A stretch of 64,000 nt of DNA, from assembly GCA_034189385.1 (NCBI GenBank), contig JAXHVD010000023.1, forward strand, positions 1 through 64,000. The letters are read 5' to 3'. This DNA comes from Thermodesulfobacteriota bacterium. GTDB taxonomy: Bacteria; Desulfobacterota; Desulfobacteria; Desulfobacterales; C00003060. The first letter of the stretch is position 1; each line of letters opens with the position of its first letter. Of the stretch, positions 31,959-41,368 are shown piece after piece. The notes beneath the pieces were generated by a model that was given only the letters and a program-made list of their open reading frames with translations, made no database searches and had not been told where the DNA came from. The translations under genes and the position numbers were made by a program.

Positions 31959-33257
31959 ATGACGGGAAAAGTGAGGGTCAGTTCTGGAGTCAGCCACCTA
32001 GACCGTCTTCTGGGCGGCCTTTTCATCGGCGATAACGTGGTCTGGCATGATGATGCGGGCTATCTGGCTTCACCTTTCTGCCTGAGTTTTCTCCAAACTT
32101 GCCTAGCTCTACAGAAGCCTGTTATTTACGTTAGCTTTGACCGGTCTCCCAAGAATCTCCTGGACAAATTAGGGGGCCTGGCTGAAAGCCGGGACCTCAC
32201 CATCCTTGACGGCTTCACCTGCGGCAGAGGCCGCGGCAGTTCCATCTTCATGAAGTTCTATGAGGAACCCGACTCTGAACAGCTCTGCCAGATCCAGATG
32301 ATCGATAAGCCTAGAGACGTGGACCATGTGATGGAAAGCATCTACGGGCTCCATGAGACTCTCCATGGCGATGTCCGCCTCATATTCGAAAGCATGACCG
32401 GGATGCAGAAAATGTGGGGAGGCGAGGACGCCATCCTGAAATTCTATTCCCACTCCTGCCCCAGGCTCTATGAGCTGGATACGATTGCTTACTGGATTAT
32501 GGAGACATTGGCTCATACGCAGACACTCAGGGCGCAGATCAATCAGATCGCACAGGTTGCCATTGATCTTTCTATAAAGAGGGGCACGACGATACTCACT
32601 ATTCTCAAGGCTGAGAATCGCGGGATAGAGGGTGCCCGTGAACCACATCGGTACTGGACCAAGGACCTTGCGATCACCTTTGACAAGGAGAAGTATGCCG
32701 GTAATCAATGGAACCTTGGCCTTCGCATCAAAGAACTTCGGGTCAAGCGAGGGTTGTCCCAGGCAGAGCTGGCAAAGCTCGTGGGGGTTACGGCCAGCAC
32801 CATCTCTCAGGTGGAGGCCAACATTATATACCCTTCTCTGCCCGCACTATTGAAAATGGCAGAGGTCCTGGCCGTGGACATCGGCTCCGTCTTCCAACGG
32901 GCTGTGGAAAGGGAAGAAAGGATGATTTTCCCAGCGGCTGAGGCCGTGAGTGTGGGTTTTCCCAACCTGCCTAAGGGGGCACTGGAAGGGAGACTCCTAA
33001 CAGCCCCTGATTTCCACGGAAAGATGGAACCCTATCTCATTGACATCGAGCCTGACCGCGATGTCCCAACCCATTTTTTCTTTCACAAGGGAGAAGAGGT
33101 GGGCTATCTTCTCTCGGGCAGGCTCAGGATGTCTGTGAATAAGGCTGTCTATACCCTTCGGGCAGGCGACGTGGTTTACTTGACTTCAGAGATGCCAAGT
33201 GAGTGGAGAAATCCTGGTCCCAACCTGGCAAGATTACTATGGATTAAATCAAGATAA
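31959..33257 (+). CDS. Transcriptional regulator with a degenerate KaiC/RecA-like N domain, XRE HTH and cupin; start probably ATG 31959
   Basis: VSSGVSHLDRLLGG, YVSFD; LGLRIKELR..SQAELA..STISQVE; HKGEEVGYLLSG. Confidence 0.85.
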   Translation: MTGKVRVSSGVSHLDRLLGGLFIGDNVVWHDDAGYLASPFCLSFLQTCLALQKPVIYVSFDRSPKNLLDKLGGLAESRDLTILDGFTCGRGRGSSIFMKFYEEPDSEQLCQIQMIDKPRDVDHVMESIYGLHETLHGDVRLIFESMTGMQKMWGGEDAILKFYSHSCPRLYELDTIAYWIMETLAHTQTLRAQINQIAQVAIDLSIKRGTTILTILKAENRGIEGAREPHRYWTKDLAITFDKEKYAGNQWNLGLRIKELRVKRGLSQAELAKLVGVTASTISQVEANIIYPSLPALLKMAEVLAVDIGSVFQRAVEREERMIFPAAEAVSVGFPNLPKGALEGRLLTAPDFHGKMEPYLIDIEPDRDVPTHFFFHKGEEVGYLLSGRLRMSVNKAVYTLRAGDVVYLTSEMPSEWRNPGPNLARLLWIKSR

Positions 33258-33321
33258 GAAAAAGGGTTCAGATGCCATTCGCAATCAGTTCTTGTGCATG
33301 GCATATTTATCGCTTTTTTTG

Positions 33322-33336
33322 TTTAGTAAAACTAAA
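33322..33336. promoter_or_regulatory. Palindromic operator candidate
   Basis: TTTAGT-AAA-ACTAAA perfect inverted repeat in the AT-rich gap between the XRE gene and the 33404 gene. Confidence 0.55.
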
Positions 33337-33403
33337 TATATTCTTGCAAATTGTTAGTCTGTATGATATTTTAAATTGGCTATACCACTAGAAGGAGGTC
33401 TAA

Positions 33404-33820
33404 ATGGCACATAAAATATCAAAAAGAATTAGTGTTTTTGAATTTGGATGTGAGGCACCCCTCCGGTTTTTTGAACATTGTACGCAATGCCCTCGCTTTG
33501 GCGATGATTGTCCAGACCTGGCCTTGGGCAAAGAGATCCTTCGTGGGAAGAAGAAGGTGGCCTATGGTGATAACCAAGGAGAAGACACCATTTCCGCTAA
33601 CGCCTTTAATTGCCTGGCCCCACTCTACTACTTTGAGCGTAGCCGAAAAAAATGCGGCCACGCCGGTCGTTGCCGAGAAGAAGGGCTCCTATTAGCACTA
33701 TTGGACGGGAAGAAGACCTTAGACTATTCCCGCAAAGACCCGGCAGAGCTTCCTGTGGTGCGACGACGCAAGAAGGCTAAGGCTGTAATAGCTGAGGCCC
33801 AGGAAGTGGCTGCTTCCTGA
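33404..33820 (+). CDS. Small Cys-rich hypothetical protein with an internal duplication
   Basis: Strong RBS AGGAGG; two FxCxAPLxxFE...C...C halves. Confidence 0.75.
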   Translation: MAHKISKRISVFEFGCEAPLRFFEHCTQCPRFGDDCPDLALGKEILRGKKKVAYGDNQGEDTISANAFNCLAPLYYFERSRKKCGHAGRCREEGLLLALLDGKKTLDYSRKDPAELPVVRRRKKAKAVIAEAQEVAAS

Positions 33821-36800
33821 CAAGTTCCAATGAACCCAAGAAAGCCTTGACTTGGGACGCCAGTTGGCTGTCGGTGAACCCCTTGACGCTGATGGCATGC
33901 CGATAGCAGGTGGCCGCGCATACCCCACACCCTTTGCAGGCCACGTCAACTGGTCGTACCTTCCGTCCATTTGGTGTCTCAACGATCTGTAAGGCCTCAA
34001 AAGGACACAGGGCCACACAGAGACCACACCCTCGACAGGCATCTTCATCCACAGTGGCAATCACACCTTCAGTGACGATGGAGTCCTGTGAGAGCAGGGC
34101 CCCTGCTCGGGCTGCAGCAGCTTGGGCTTGAGCAATGGTCTCCTCAATGGGCTTGGGATAGTGGGAAAGTCCGGCCAGAAAGATTCCGTCCGTGGCCACA
34201 TCCACCGGTCTGAGCTTGACATGGGCCTCCAGAAAGAAACCCTCCTGGTTCATGGAAACCTTATAGAGCCGGGACAGCGTCTCCTGATCCCTACAAGGGA
34301 TGATGGCCGATGCAAGGGTGACGATGTCCGCCTCTATCTCCACATCACACCCAAGGGCTTGATCCTTTAAAGAAACCGTTAACTTCCCGTTGTGACGCTC
34401 AACCGTCGGTTTTTCTGCCAGGTCATAGCGCAGGAACACAATCCCTTTTGACCGGGCTTCTGTATAAATATCTTCCCGGAGCCCGTAGGTGCGGACATCA
34501 CGATAGAGGATGTAGACATCCATATCAGGGTTGCATTCTTTTAGCCTCAAGGCGCTTTCAACGGAATGGGTGCAGCACACCTTGCTACAGTAAGGCCTTG
34601 CCGGTTCTCTTGAGCCCACACACTGGATGAACACTGCGGTCTTAATGTGTCGGAACCTGCTGGAGTCTTTCAACATCTCCCCGTCGAGTTCCAAGGCGAG
34701 ATAGACGTTCGCGTCCTTTTTGTAGAGATATTCCTGCGGCTCATAGGCCTGCCCTCCGCTGGCCAAGATGGCAGCGCCATGGGGTACTTCTGTCTCCTTG
34801 CCTTCACGGTCAACAACAACGGAGGTGAAGTTTCCCACAAACCCGGATGCGGCCTTGACCGTGCTTTGAAGATGAACATGGACTGACGGATGCTCTTCGA
34901 TGGAGCGCACTAGTTTCTCAAGATAAGGCCGGACCTCTTCGCCCTTCCAAGTGCGATAGAGTCTCCTGGCCTGGCCCCCCAAGTGGTCGCTCTGCTCCAC
35001 CAAATGGGCTTCGTAGCCCTGCTCGGCCAGATTCAGCGCACTCGTCATCCCTGCCACACCACCGCCCACGACCAGGCAGGATTTCGTCACTGGCACCCTC
35101 GGTTCAGCTAAGGGGTTGATGAGGCTTGCCCTAGCCGCAGCCATGCGAACGAGGTCTTTTGCCTTCTCCGTGGCCTGTTCCGGATCATGGGCATGAACCC
35201 AGGAACACTGGTCTCGGATGTTGGCCATCTCAAAGAGATACTTATTCAGCCCGGCCTCTCGCAAGGTCTCTCTGAACAGGGGCTCATGGGTCCTGGGAGA
35301 ACAAGAGGCCACCACCACACGATTGAGGCCATGGGTATCGATAGCCCCCTTTATCTTCTCCTGCACATCAGCAGAGCAGGCAAAAAGCTCATCTGAGGTC
35401 CACACCACGTTCGGTAGGGTCTTGGCATATTCAGCCACTTCTGGAACACGGACAACGCCTCCGATGTTGATGCCGCAATGGCATACAAAGACACCAATCC
35501 TGGGCGCCTCGGCTGCCACGTCTCTCTCCTCCGGATAGGATGTCACTTTGGTGAGGCTATGTCGGGCATCAGATAGGGCAGCCGATATGGCACCGGCCGC
35601 AGCGCTTGCCTCCATTACCGATTGGGGGATATCTTTCGGCCCTTGAAAGGCGCCACAGACGTAGACGCCAGGTCTGGCCGTCAAGACAGGAGTGAAGCTC
35701 GTGGTAGCGCCAAAATGGTAATGATCCAATGGGATCCCCAATGTAGCGGTCAGGCCCTGGACGTCACGAGAGGTCCCCAGGCCCACGGAGAGGACCATCA
35801 GGTCAAAGGCCTCTCGCACGCGCTTTGAGGTCTCATCAGTGTATTGGACAAGGAGGTCTTGGGTGTGATCCTCTTGAGTCACTGTATCGATCCTGGACCT
35901 GACGAATCGTATCCCTATCTCCTGTTTGGCCCGATTGTAGAATTTCTCAAAGTCCTTACCGTGGCTCCTCATATCCATATAAAAGATGGCCGTGTCAAGC
36001 TCATAGGGCGCATGCTCTTTTGCCAGCATCGCTTCCTTGATGGCGTACATGCAGCACACCGACGAGCAGTAGCCCCTACCGACAGAAGGATCCCTTGAGC
36101 CGACACACTGGATCCAGCCTATCTTCTTTGGTTCCTTGCCATCAGAAGGCCTCCGGACATGGCCTTGAAAAGGACCGGTGGCTGAAAGGATTCGTTCGAA
36201 TTCCATACTCGTGACCACATTGGGAAACTGGCCGTATCCGTACGTGCCCTTAATGGTTGGATCAAAGGGCTCAAATCCAGTGGCCAGCACTACTGCCCCC
36301 ACCTCCAACTCTAACGACACCTCCTTTTGGTCAAAATCAATGGCCTGGGCCTTACAAACCCTTTCACACTGTTTGCACTCTCGTCTTGTCAAGAAGAGAC
36401 AGGCCGTGGGATCTACATGATAGGCCGCTGGTATGGCTTGCGGATAGTCGATGTGCAAGGCCTTTGTAGTGGAAAGCCCTTCGTTGTAGCCGTCCTCAAT
36501 GACGACGGGGCAGTAGGCCGAACAAGTCCCACAGCACGTACACTGATGAGGATCAACGTAACGTGGCCGCTGCGATACAGTGGCGACAAAGTGTCCAGCT
36601 TCACCTTCCAGGCTCTGGACGCTTGTTGAGGCGAGGATCTGGACGTTGGGGTGACGGTCGCATTCGTTGAGTTTAGGGGCCAGCATACACATGGAACAGT
36701 CATTGGTGGGGAAAGTCTTATCCAGTTGCCCCATCCTTCCGCCAATGGCTGATGCGCTGTCAACGAGGTAGACAGAAAAACCTGAATTGGCCAAGTCCAA

Positions 36801-36878
36801 GGCTGCCTGGATGCCGGCGATGCCTCCGCCGATGACCATCACAGCTCCGATCACCTTGTTGTTATTGGAATCAGTCAT
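33777..36878 (-). CDS. Large double-FAD HdrA-like protein (BamE-like architecture)
   Basis: Two Rossmann motifs (GGGIAG, GGGVAG), DKTFPTNDCSMC, two QCVGSR..YCSxVCC modules, IGVFVCHCG, C-terminal 2x4Fe-4S. Confidence 0.92.
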   Translation of the reverse strand: MTDSNNNKVIGAVMVIGGGIAGIQAALDLANSGFSVYLVDSASAIGGRMGQLDKTFPTNDCSMCMLAPKLNECDRHPNVQILASTSVQSLEGEAGHFVATVSQRPRYVDPHQCTCCGTCSAYCPVVIEDGYNEGLSTTKALHIDYPQAIPAAYHVDPTACLFLTRRECKQCERVCKAQAIDFDQKEVSLELEVGAVVLATGFEPFDPTIKGTYGYGQFPNVVTSMEFERILSATGPFQGHVRRPSDGKEPKKIGWIQCVGSRDPSVGRGYCSSVCCMYAIKEAMLAKEHAPYELDTAIFYMDMRSHGKDFEKFYNRAKQEIGIRFVRSRIDTVTQEDHTQDLLVQYTDETSKRVREAFDLMVLSVGLGTSRDVQGLTATLGIPLDHYHFGATTSFTPVLTARPGVYVCGAFQGPKDIPQSVMEASAAAGAISAALSDARHSLTKVTSYPEERDVAAEAPRIGVFVCHCGINIGGVVRVPEVAEYAKTLPNVVWTSDELFACSADVQEKIKGAIDTHGLNRVVVASCSPRTHEPLFRETLREAGLNKYLFEMANIRDQCSWVHAHDPEQATEKAKDLVRMAAARASLINPLAEPRVPVTKSCLVVGGGVAGMTSALNLAEQGYEAHLVEQSDHLGGQARRLYRTWKGEEVRPYLEKLVRSIEEHPSVHVHLQSTVKAASGFVGNFTSVVVDREGKETEVPHGAAILASGGQAYEPQEYLYKKDANVYLALELDGEMLKDSSRFRHIKTAVFIQCVGSREPARPYCSKVCCTHSVESALRLKECNPDMDVYILYRDVRTYGLREDIYTEARSKGIVFLRYDLAEKPTVERHNGKLTVSLKDQALGCDVEIEADIVTLASAIIPCRDQETLSRLYKVSMNQEGFFLEAHVKLRPVDVATDGIFLAGLSHYPKPIEETIAQAQAAAARAGALLSQDSIVTEGVIATVDEDACRGCGLCVALCPFEALQIVETPNGRKVRPVDVACKGCGVCAATCYRHAISVKGFTDSQLASQVKAFLGSLELVRKQPLPGPQLLQP

Positions 36879-36966
36879 TCAGCGGCACTCTCATTACCCA
36901 GTGCACATGCTTCCGAAAGTTGCATCATGGCTTGTGCGTGTCTGTGGTTCTAGGCACGACCACGCA

Positions 36967-37341
36967 TTAGTCTTCCACCAACTCCAGGGCCCCTGAATTA
37001 CACCACCTGACGCACGAGGGGCTTGGAGGGATGCCACAGAAATCGCACTTGAGGGGAAATCCGGTTTCAGCCTCGATAAAGAAGGGTTTTTCCGGACAGG
37101 AGGCCCTGCAGATGAGGCACATATTGTAGGTTTGGTCGCCGATGACCAGGTCATTCTTAGACGTGCAGGCAGCATCCACAAAGGGACCTGCGATGGTGGG
37201 AAAATAGGTGGAGCCTTCTCGAAATACCCTGATTCTGGCCCTTCTGGGGTTGGCAACACCGGCCACGTGGTTCAGGGAACAGGCGATTTCGCAATGCCTG
37301 CAACCGGTGCATTTGGTATGATCGATCTTTATCCTTGGCAT
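36967..37341 (-). CDS. 4Fe-4S protein, BamC-like
   Basis: CTGCRHCEIAC, NPRRARIRV, AGPF..AAC, CLICRASCP, ETGFPLKCDFC, CVRWC, which I recognise as the BamC pattern. Confidence 0.8.
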   Translation of the reverse strand: MPRIKIDHTKCTGCRHCEIACSLNHVAGVANPRRARIRVFREGSTYFPTIAGPFVDAACTSKNDLVIGDQTYNMCLICRASCPEKPFFIEAETGFPLKCDFCGIPPSPSCVRWCNSGALELVED

Positions 37342-37353
37342 GGTCGTCTTTCT

Positions 37354-39168
37354 TTACAACTCCAAAGCATCCAAGGTCCCCGGAAGGGGGGCACCCCCCT
37401 CGTTCCATCCTCGAAGACGATAATAGACTGGGAGCATCTCCTCCACTTTGCTCGTGTGTCCCTGGGCCGGACCTTCCAACAGCGGCTCTTTTACGAATCT
37501 TTCCGGCAGGACGTCATGGGTGTGGTCAAAGCCAGCCTCCATGTTGAAGCACCGCTCCTGATTCCAGATCCGCTCGCCGATTCTTAGAAGATCTTCTGCC
37601 CGATACTCCGTGCCCAAGCAGCTGTTGATCATGGGGACAAAGTTTTTGAACTTCAGCCCCATGAGGGGCCAGTTGCACAGGCCCAGGGAGTCCATGACCG
37701 CCGTCATGTCCTGGTATTGCTTGACCAGTTCTGGCTTGCCCTCTGTGCTTAGGGGATCCAACTCCTCATGGACGTGGAGGACCTCGTCAATAAAGGTGTA
37801 GGCATAGAGATGCTGGGGGCCATAGTTCGACGTGGCAAAATGGAGCCCCATGCCTTGGATGGCACGGGGGTCAAAAGGGGCCATGGGGATGCCCTTTACG
37901 CCCATGAACCGCTTGGGCTGGCCATATTCGACAGCCAAGGCCTGTCCGCCTTTTCCGATCCGTTTGGCATGCCCCTTTTTTGTGGCCATAAGGGTCAAGG
38001 CTTGCAAAAGATCGTCCCCTTCGCCGAATCTGAATTCAAGTTTCAGGTCCTCCTTTGAGGCATTTCCCTTTTCCACCAGCTCCATGGCCGTGGCCACGGT
38101 GCCCCCTGCTGCCAGGGGATCCAACCCCATTTCCCCGCAAATCACGTTCGCCATGGCAATGGTCGTGAGGTCCCGGATACCGCAGTTAAGGCCAAGGGCG
38201 CCAATGGCCAGAAAGGTGGGTGCCATGCCCTTGCCCTTAAAGAGGGGGCCCATGACATCGGCCTTCTTGATGCAGGCAATGGGACAGGCAAAACAGGCCC
38301 TGCTTCTCAAGGCAAAGAGCCGAGGCAGCGTCTCGGTTTCAATGTGCTTTGATTCCGCCAGTGTGGGGGCCTTGAAGTTTTCAAAGGGCAATATGGCCTT
38401 TTGGTGACAGCGGTCTGCAAAAAAGGCAGAACCCAAAGTGAACATGGACCTTGAGGTGAGCGGCGCGCTGTTCAACTTGTTGATCAGGGTGGTGACGGCC
38501 TGCACAAAACGATCGCCATCAGCCACGGTAAGGGAGTGGCTTCCTCTGACGGCCAGGGCCTTCAGGTTCTTAGATCCCATGACGGCGCCAATTCCGGCTC
38601 CCCCAACAGAGAGAAACCCATCGTTGATGACGTTTGCCAGAGGGATCTCTTTCTCTCCAGCCGGGCCCACAGAGAGAAGATAGGTCTCCCGGCCTGCCCA
38701 TTTGTCCCCCAAACCGGCCTTGAACATCTCTTCTGTCTCAGAGGTGGTTCTGCCCCAGTACTCCAGGGCCGGCTGGATGCTGATCTTGTCCTCCAGAATC
38801 GACAAAATGACCGGCGAATCAGCCTTGCCCTCCATGATAATCATGTCAAATCCGGCAAATTTCAGTTCCGCGCCAAAGTGCCCCCGCAACTTGGCACAGG
38901 CAATGGTTCCGGACAGAGCGCTCTTCGTAACCACATTGCACGATGCGCCCGTCACCGCCCCTGTTCCCGCCAGTGGGCCGGAGACAAAAATAATCTTGTT
39001 CTCGGCAGACAAAGGGTCTACCTGGGGGCTGATCTCTTCAGAAAGAATCTTGACGCCGAGTCCCCGCCCCCCCAGAAACCGCTCCATGAGAGACGGGGAA
39101 ACGTCTTCAATGTGAAAGTCCTTTTTGCTCAGATTGACCCTAAGGCATCGGCCGGTCCAGCCATCCAT
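37354..39168 (-). CDS. Aldehyde:ferredoxin oxidoreductase family protein with degenerate W-pterin and catalytic motifs
   Basis: FLGGRGLG, ELKFAGFD, GAVMGSKNLKA, CFACPIAC, DSLGLC, YYRLRGW; canonical PEYE, RAAGR and DxxGLD are altered. Confidence 0.88.
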   Translation of the reverse strand: MDGWTGRCLRVNLSKKDFHIEDVSPSLMERFLGGRGLGVKILSEEISPQVDPLSAENKIIFVSGPLAGTGAVTGASCNVVTKSALSGTIACAKLRGHFGAELKFAGFDMIIMEGKADSPVILSILEDKISIQPALEYWGRTTSETEEMFKAGLGDKWAGRETYLLSVGPAGEKEIPLANVINDGFLSVGGAGIGAVMGSKNLKALAVRGSHSLTVADGDRFVQAVTTLINKLNSAPLTSRSMFTLGSAFFADRCHQKAILPFENFKAPTLAESKHIETETLPRLFALRSRACFACPIACIKKADVMGPLFKGKGMAPTFLAIGALGLNCGIRDLTTIAMANVICGEMGLDPLAAGGTVATAMELVEKGNASKEDLKLEFRFGEGDDLLQALTLMATKKGHAKRIGKGGQALAVEYGQPKRFMGVKGIPMAPFDPRAIQGMGLHFATSNYGPQHLYAYTFIDEVLHVHEELDPLSTEGKPELVKQYQDMTAVMDSLGLCNWPLMGLKFKNFVPMINSCLGTEYRAEDLLRIGERIWNQERCFNMEAGFDHTHDVLPERFVKEPLLEGPAQGHTSKVEEMLPVYYRLRGWNEGGAPLPGTLDALEL

Positions 39169-39237
39169 GATCTAACACTCCAAAAATAGGTCTTGGATCA
39201 AGCCCTAAAGCACCAGGGCTTGATCCTGTCACCTTCC

Positions 39238-39444
39238 CTAAGCAGCCCCTTTCAACCACTCGGCGGTCTTGTCTTGAAGGGCCTTTTGACCAAAATATAT
39301 ACACGCTGTCTTGCAACAAGTACACCCAATACATTCGTCTGTCTCCACGTAAATGGAACCCTGCTGGTCCTTGATGGCGTGAACAGCACACACCCTCATG
39401 GCATAGCAGTCCTTGCAATTATGCCTGCAGATCACGTTAAGCAT
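39238..39444 (-). CDS. Small ferredoxin-like 4Fe-4S protein
   Basis: CRHNCKDC..VC and CIGCTCCKTAC; RBS AAGGAG. Confidence 0.8.
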   Translation of the reverse strand: MLNVICRHNCKDCYAMRVCAVHAIKDQQGSIYVETDECIGCTCCKTACIYFGQKALQDKTAEWLKGAA

Positions 39445-39468
39445 GGTTTTCTCCTTTCCTCTTGCTGA

Positions 39469-41034
39469 TCATCCTAAGATCTTGTCGATCTCTTCCTTAT
39501 CCGAATCCATCACATAGGGGATACCAGATATCTCCGAAGCTTCTCTTGTGAGAGCGACAAGATCATTTCTTTCAATATACTGAAGGGCGAATTTCCTCTC
39601 CCCTGCCATGAGCTGCTGGAGCCCTTGACGCAGGCGGTCTACATAGGAATAGAGGCCGATGGCACCAGGTGGGAGTTTTCCGAAATCGGTCCCGAAGCGT
39701 TCTTTCAAATGAGCCCCAACGGCAAAGAGCTTCAAATATCCTGTCTCCAGGTCCTCACCCTCCAGGTCCATCTTTTTGGCCATGAGTTTGCCGTGGGTCT
39801 TTCCCACCATGGCTGCCGTCATCATGGCCCGTCCCAGGCAGATGGCCTTCACGTAAGGGGCTCCCAACGCCAAGGCCTTGAAGATGTGATCCTCAAGGGA
39901 AAGCCCACCAGCCATGGCGATAGGTGGAATATAGGCGCCCTTGGCACTGAGACGCTCACAGATCTGGTACATCAGACACTCCAGTTCAACGGTAGGGATG
40001 CCCCATTCGTTCATCATCCGCCAGGGGCTCATACCAGTACCGCCTCCTGCGCCGTCTATGGTCAAGAGATCGATCTTGGCGTCAGAAGAGTACTTGATGG
40101 CCCTGGCAAGGTCTGCGGGGCGATAGGCGCCGGTCTTAAGAGTCACATATTTTGCCCCCGCGCCACGAAGGTGTTCCACAGCGGCAAGGAAGCTCTCTTC
40201 ATCCACCATCCCGAGCCTTGAATGCCTTTCAAATTCTGTGATGCCGCCAGCCTCGAAGGCCTTTTGGGCCGCCGGATTGGTCGGGTCGGGCAAGACGATA
40301 TAGCCGCGTTCCTTGAGCTGCAGGGCCCTTTCCAGGGAGGGCAGTTTCACTTCTCCACCAATGTCCTTGGCCCCCTGGCCCCATTTGAGCTCAAAGATCT
40401 CGATGCCGAGCTTTTCTATGACATACTCCGGAACGCCAAGCTTGGTATCCTCCACATTGGCCTGAACAATGATACCACCCTTTCCATCGTACCATCTCCT
40501 GTAGGCTTCTACCCGGCGTTCCATCTCAGGCGATCTAGCGATCTTGCCGTTGCTGAATTCAGCCTGGGGGTCCATGCCGCAGATGTTTTCGCCGGCAACG
40601 ACGATGATACCAGAGATGGCTGCTCCCACAGCCATGTCTTCCCAGTTGACCCGGGCAATCTCAGTGGACCCTACGGCACCGGTAAAGACGGGGAAATCCA
40701 TCTTGATACTACCATCAGCGCCCACAGCAGTGTTACAGTCTACGGCAGGAAAGGTGGCGACATCGGGGTCGGCCTCAACACCAACGGCCCCCACGCAGGT
40801 CCCCTGGATGTTAAAATGCGAGAAATCTATGGGATAGTCCTTCTCACTGCCTGCGGTAATTTTTCCAAAGGGTTGAGGATAGATAACCTCCCGCCCCTTG
40901 AGGGCGGAACGCCCGATCTCACAGGGACCCTCACAACCATCCAGGCAGGTCACACAAATCCCTGACACAGGGGCTGGGGCGACCCTGGTGTTCGTCACCG
41001 TGGCTGCACTTCGATTCGGTTTGCTAAATGACAT
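39469..41034 (-). CDS. FMN-binding glutamate synthase family protein (stand-alone synthase domain); start ATG 41034
   Basis: CVTCLDGCEGPC, ELKWGQGAKDIGGE, LKTGAY, TIDGAGGGTGMSP, MAGG, KALALGA; no glutamine amidotransferase domain. Confidence 0.9.
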   Translation of the reverse strand: MSFSKPNRSAATVTNTRVAPAPVSGICVTCLDGCEGPCEIGRSALKGREVIYPQPFGKITAGSEKDYPIDFSHFNIQGTCVGAVGVEADPDVATFPAVDCNTAVGADGSIKMDFPVFTGAVGSTEIARVNWEDMAVGAAISGIIVVAGENICGMDPQAEFSNGKIARSPEMERRVEAYRRWYDGKGGIIVQANVEDTKLGVPEYVIEKLGIEIFELKWGQGAKDIGGEVKLPSLERALQLKERGYIVLPDPTNPAAQKAFEAGGITEFERHSRLGMVDEESFLAAVEHLRGAGAKYVTLKTGAYRPADLARAIKYSSDAKIDLLTIDGAGGGTGMSPWRMMNEWGIPTVELECLMYQICERLSAKGAYIPPIAMAGGLSLEDHIFKALALGAPYVKAICLGRAMMTAAMVGKTHGKLMAKKMDLEGEDLETGYLKLFAVGAHLKERFGTDFGKLPPGAIGLYSYVDRLRQGLQQLMAGERKFALQYIERNDLVALTREASEISGIPYVMDSDKEEIDKILG

Positions 41035-41065
41035 AGTCCAATCCTCCTTCACTCAGTTTTCTGAC

Positions 41066-41103
41066 AAAAAAAAAGCCCAACTGTCCTCGTGGGACGGTTG
41101 GAC
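41066..41103 (-). terminator. Intrinsic terminator (attenuator) in the leader of the glutamate-synthase-family operon
   Basis: GTCCAACCGTCC-cacga-GGACAGTTGGGC followed by 9 T. Confidence 0.9.
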
Positions 41104-41140
41104 GTCTCTGTCGTCACTTGAGATGATACCCCATTGTACC
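41101..41140 (-). promoter_or_regulatory. ANTAR-binding dual hexaloop hairpin RNA element
   Basis: P1 GGTAC-AATGGG-GTATC and P2 GAC-AGAGAC-GTC; both loops have A1 and G4; the 3' arm of P2 is the 5' start of the terminator. Confidence 0.88.
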
Positions 41141-41156
41141 TCTCAAGCCGGGCCAA

Positions 41157-41185
41157 CTTCTAACTAAAAAGTCCATCCCTGTCAA
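41157..41185 (-). promoter_or_regulatory. Sigma70 promoter of the ANTAR-controlled operon
   Basis: TTGACA-17 bp-TAGAAG just upstream of P1. Confidence 0.7.
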
Positions 41186-41368
41186 GTCTATTATGGTGCC
41201 GAAGACTGGACAAAGAGAAAACGCCTTGAGCAGGTGCCAATGAGTCCGGCCAAAGGGGGAAGGCCCACGGGGCGCATGGCATCCAGACCGTCCCCCTGAC
41301 AGGGCCTTGACGCCCTCTTCAGATGTGTGTCATCGTCGCCTAGCGGAGACCCATCTGTCCGGGCCTTG

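Noticed and set aside
33777..39168. Calling the AOR/BamC/HdrA genes a class II benzoyl-CoA reductase
   Set aside because: The AOR-like protein lacks W-pterin motifs and the BamB Cys ligand; bamD, bamGHI and ring-cleavage genes are not in the window.
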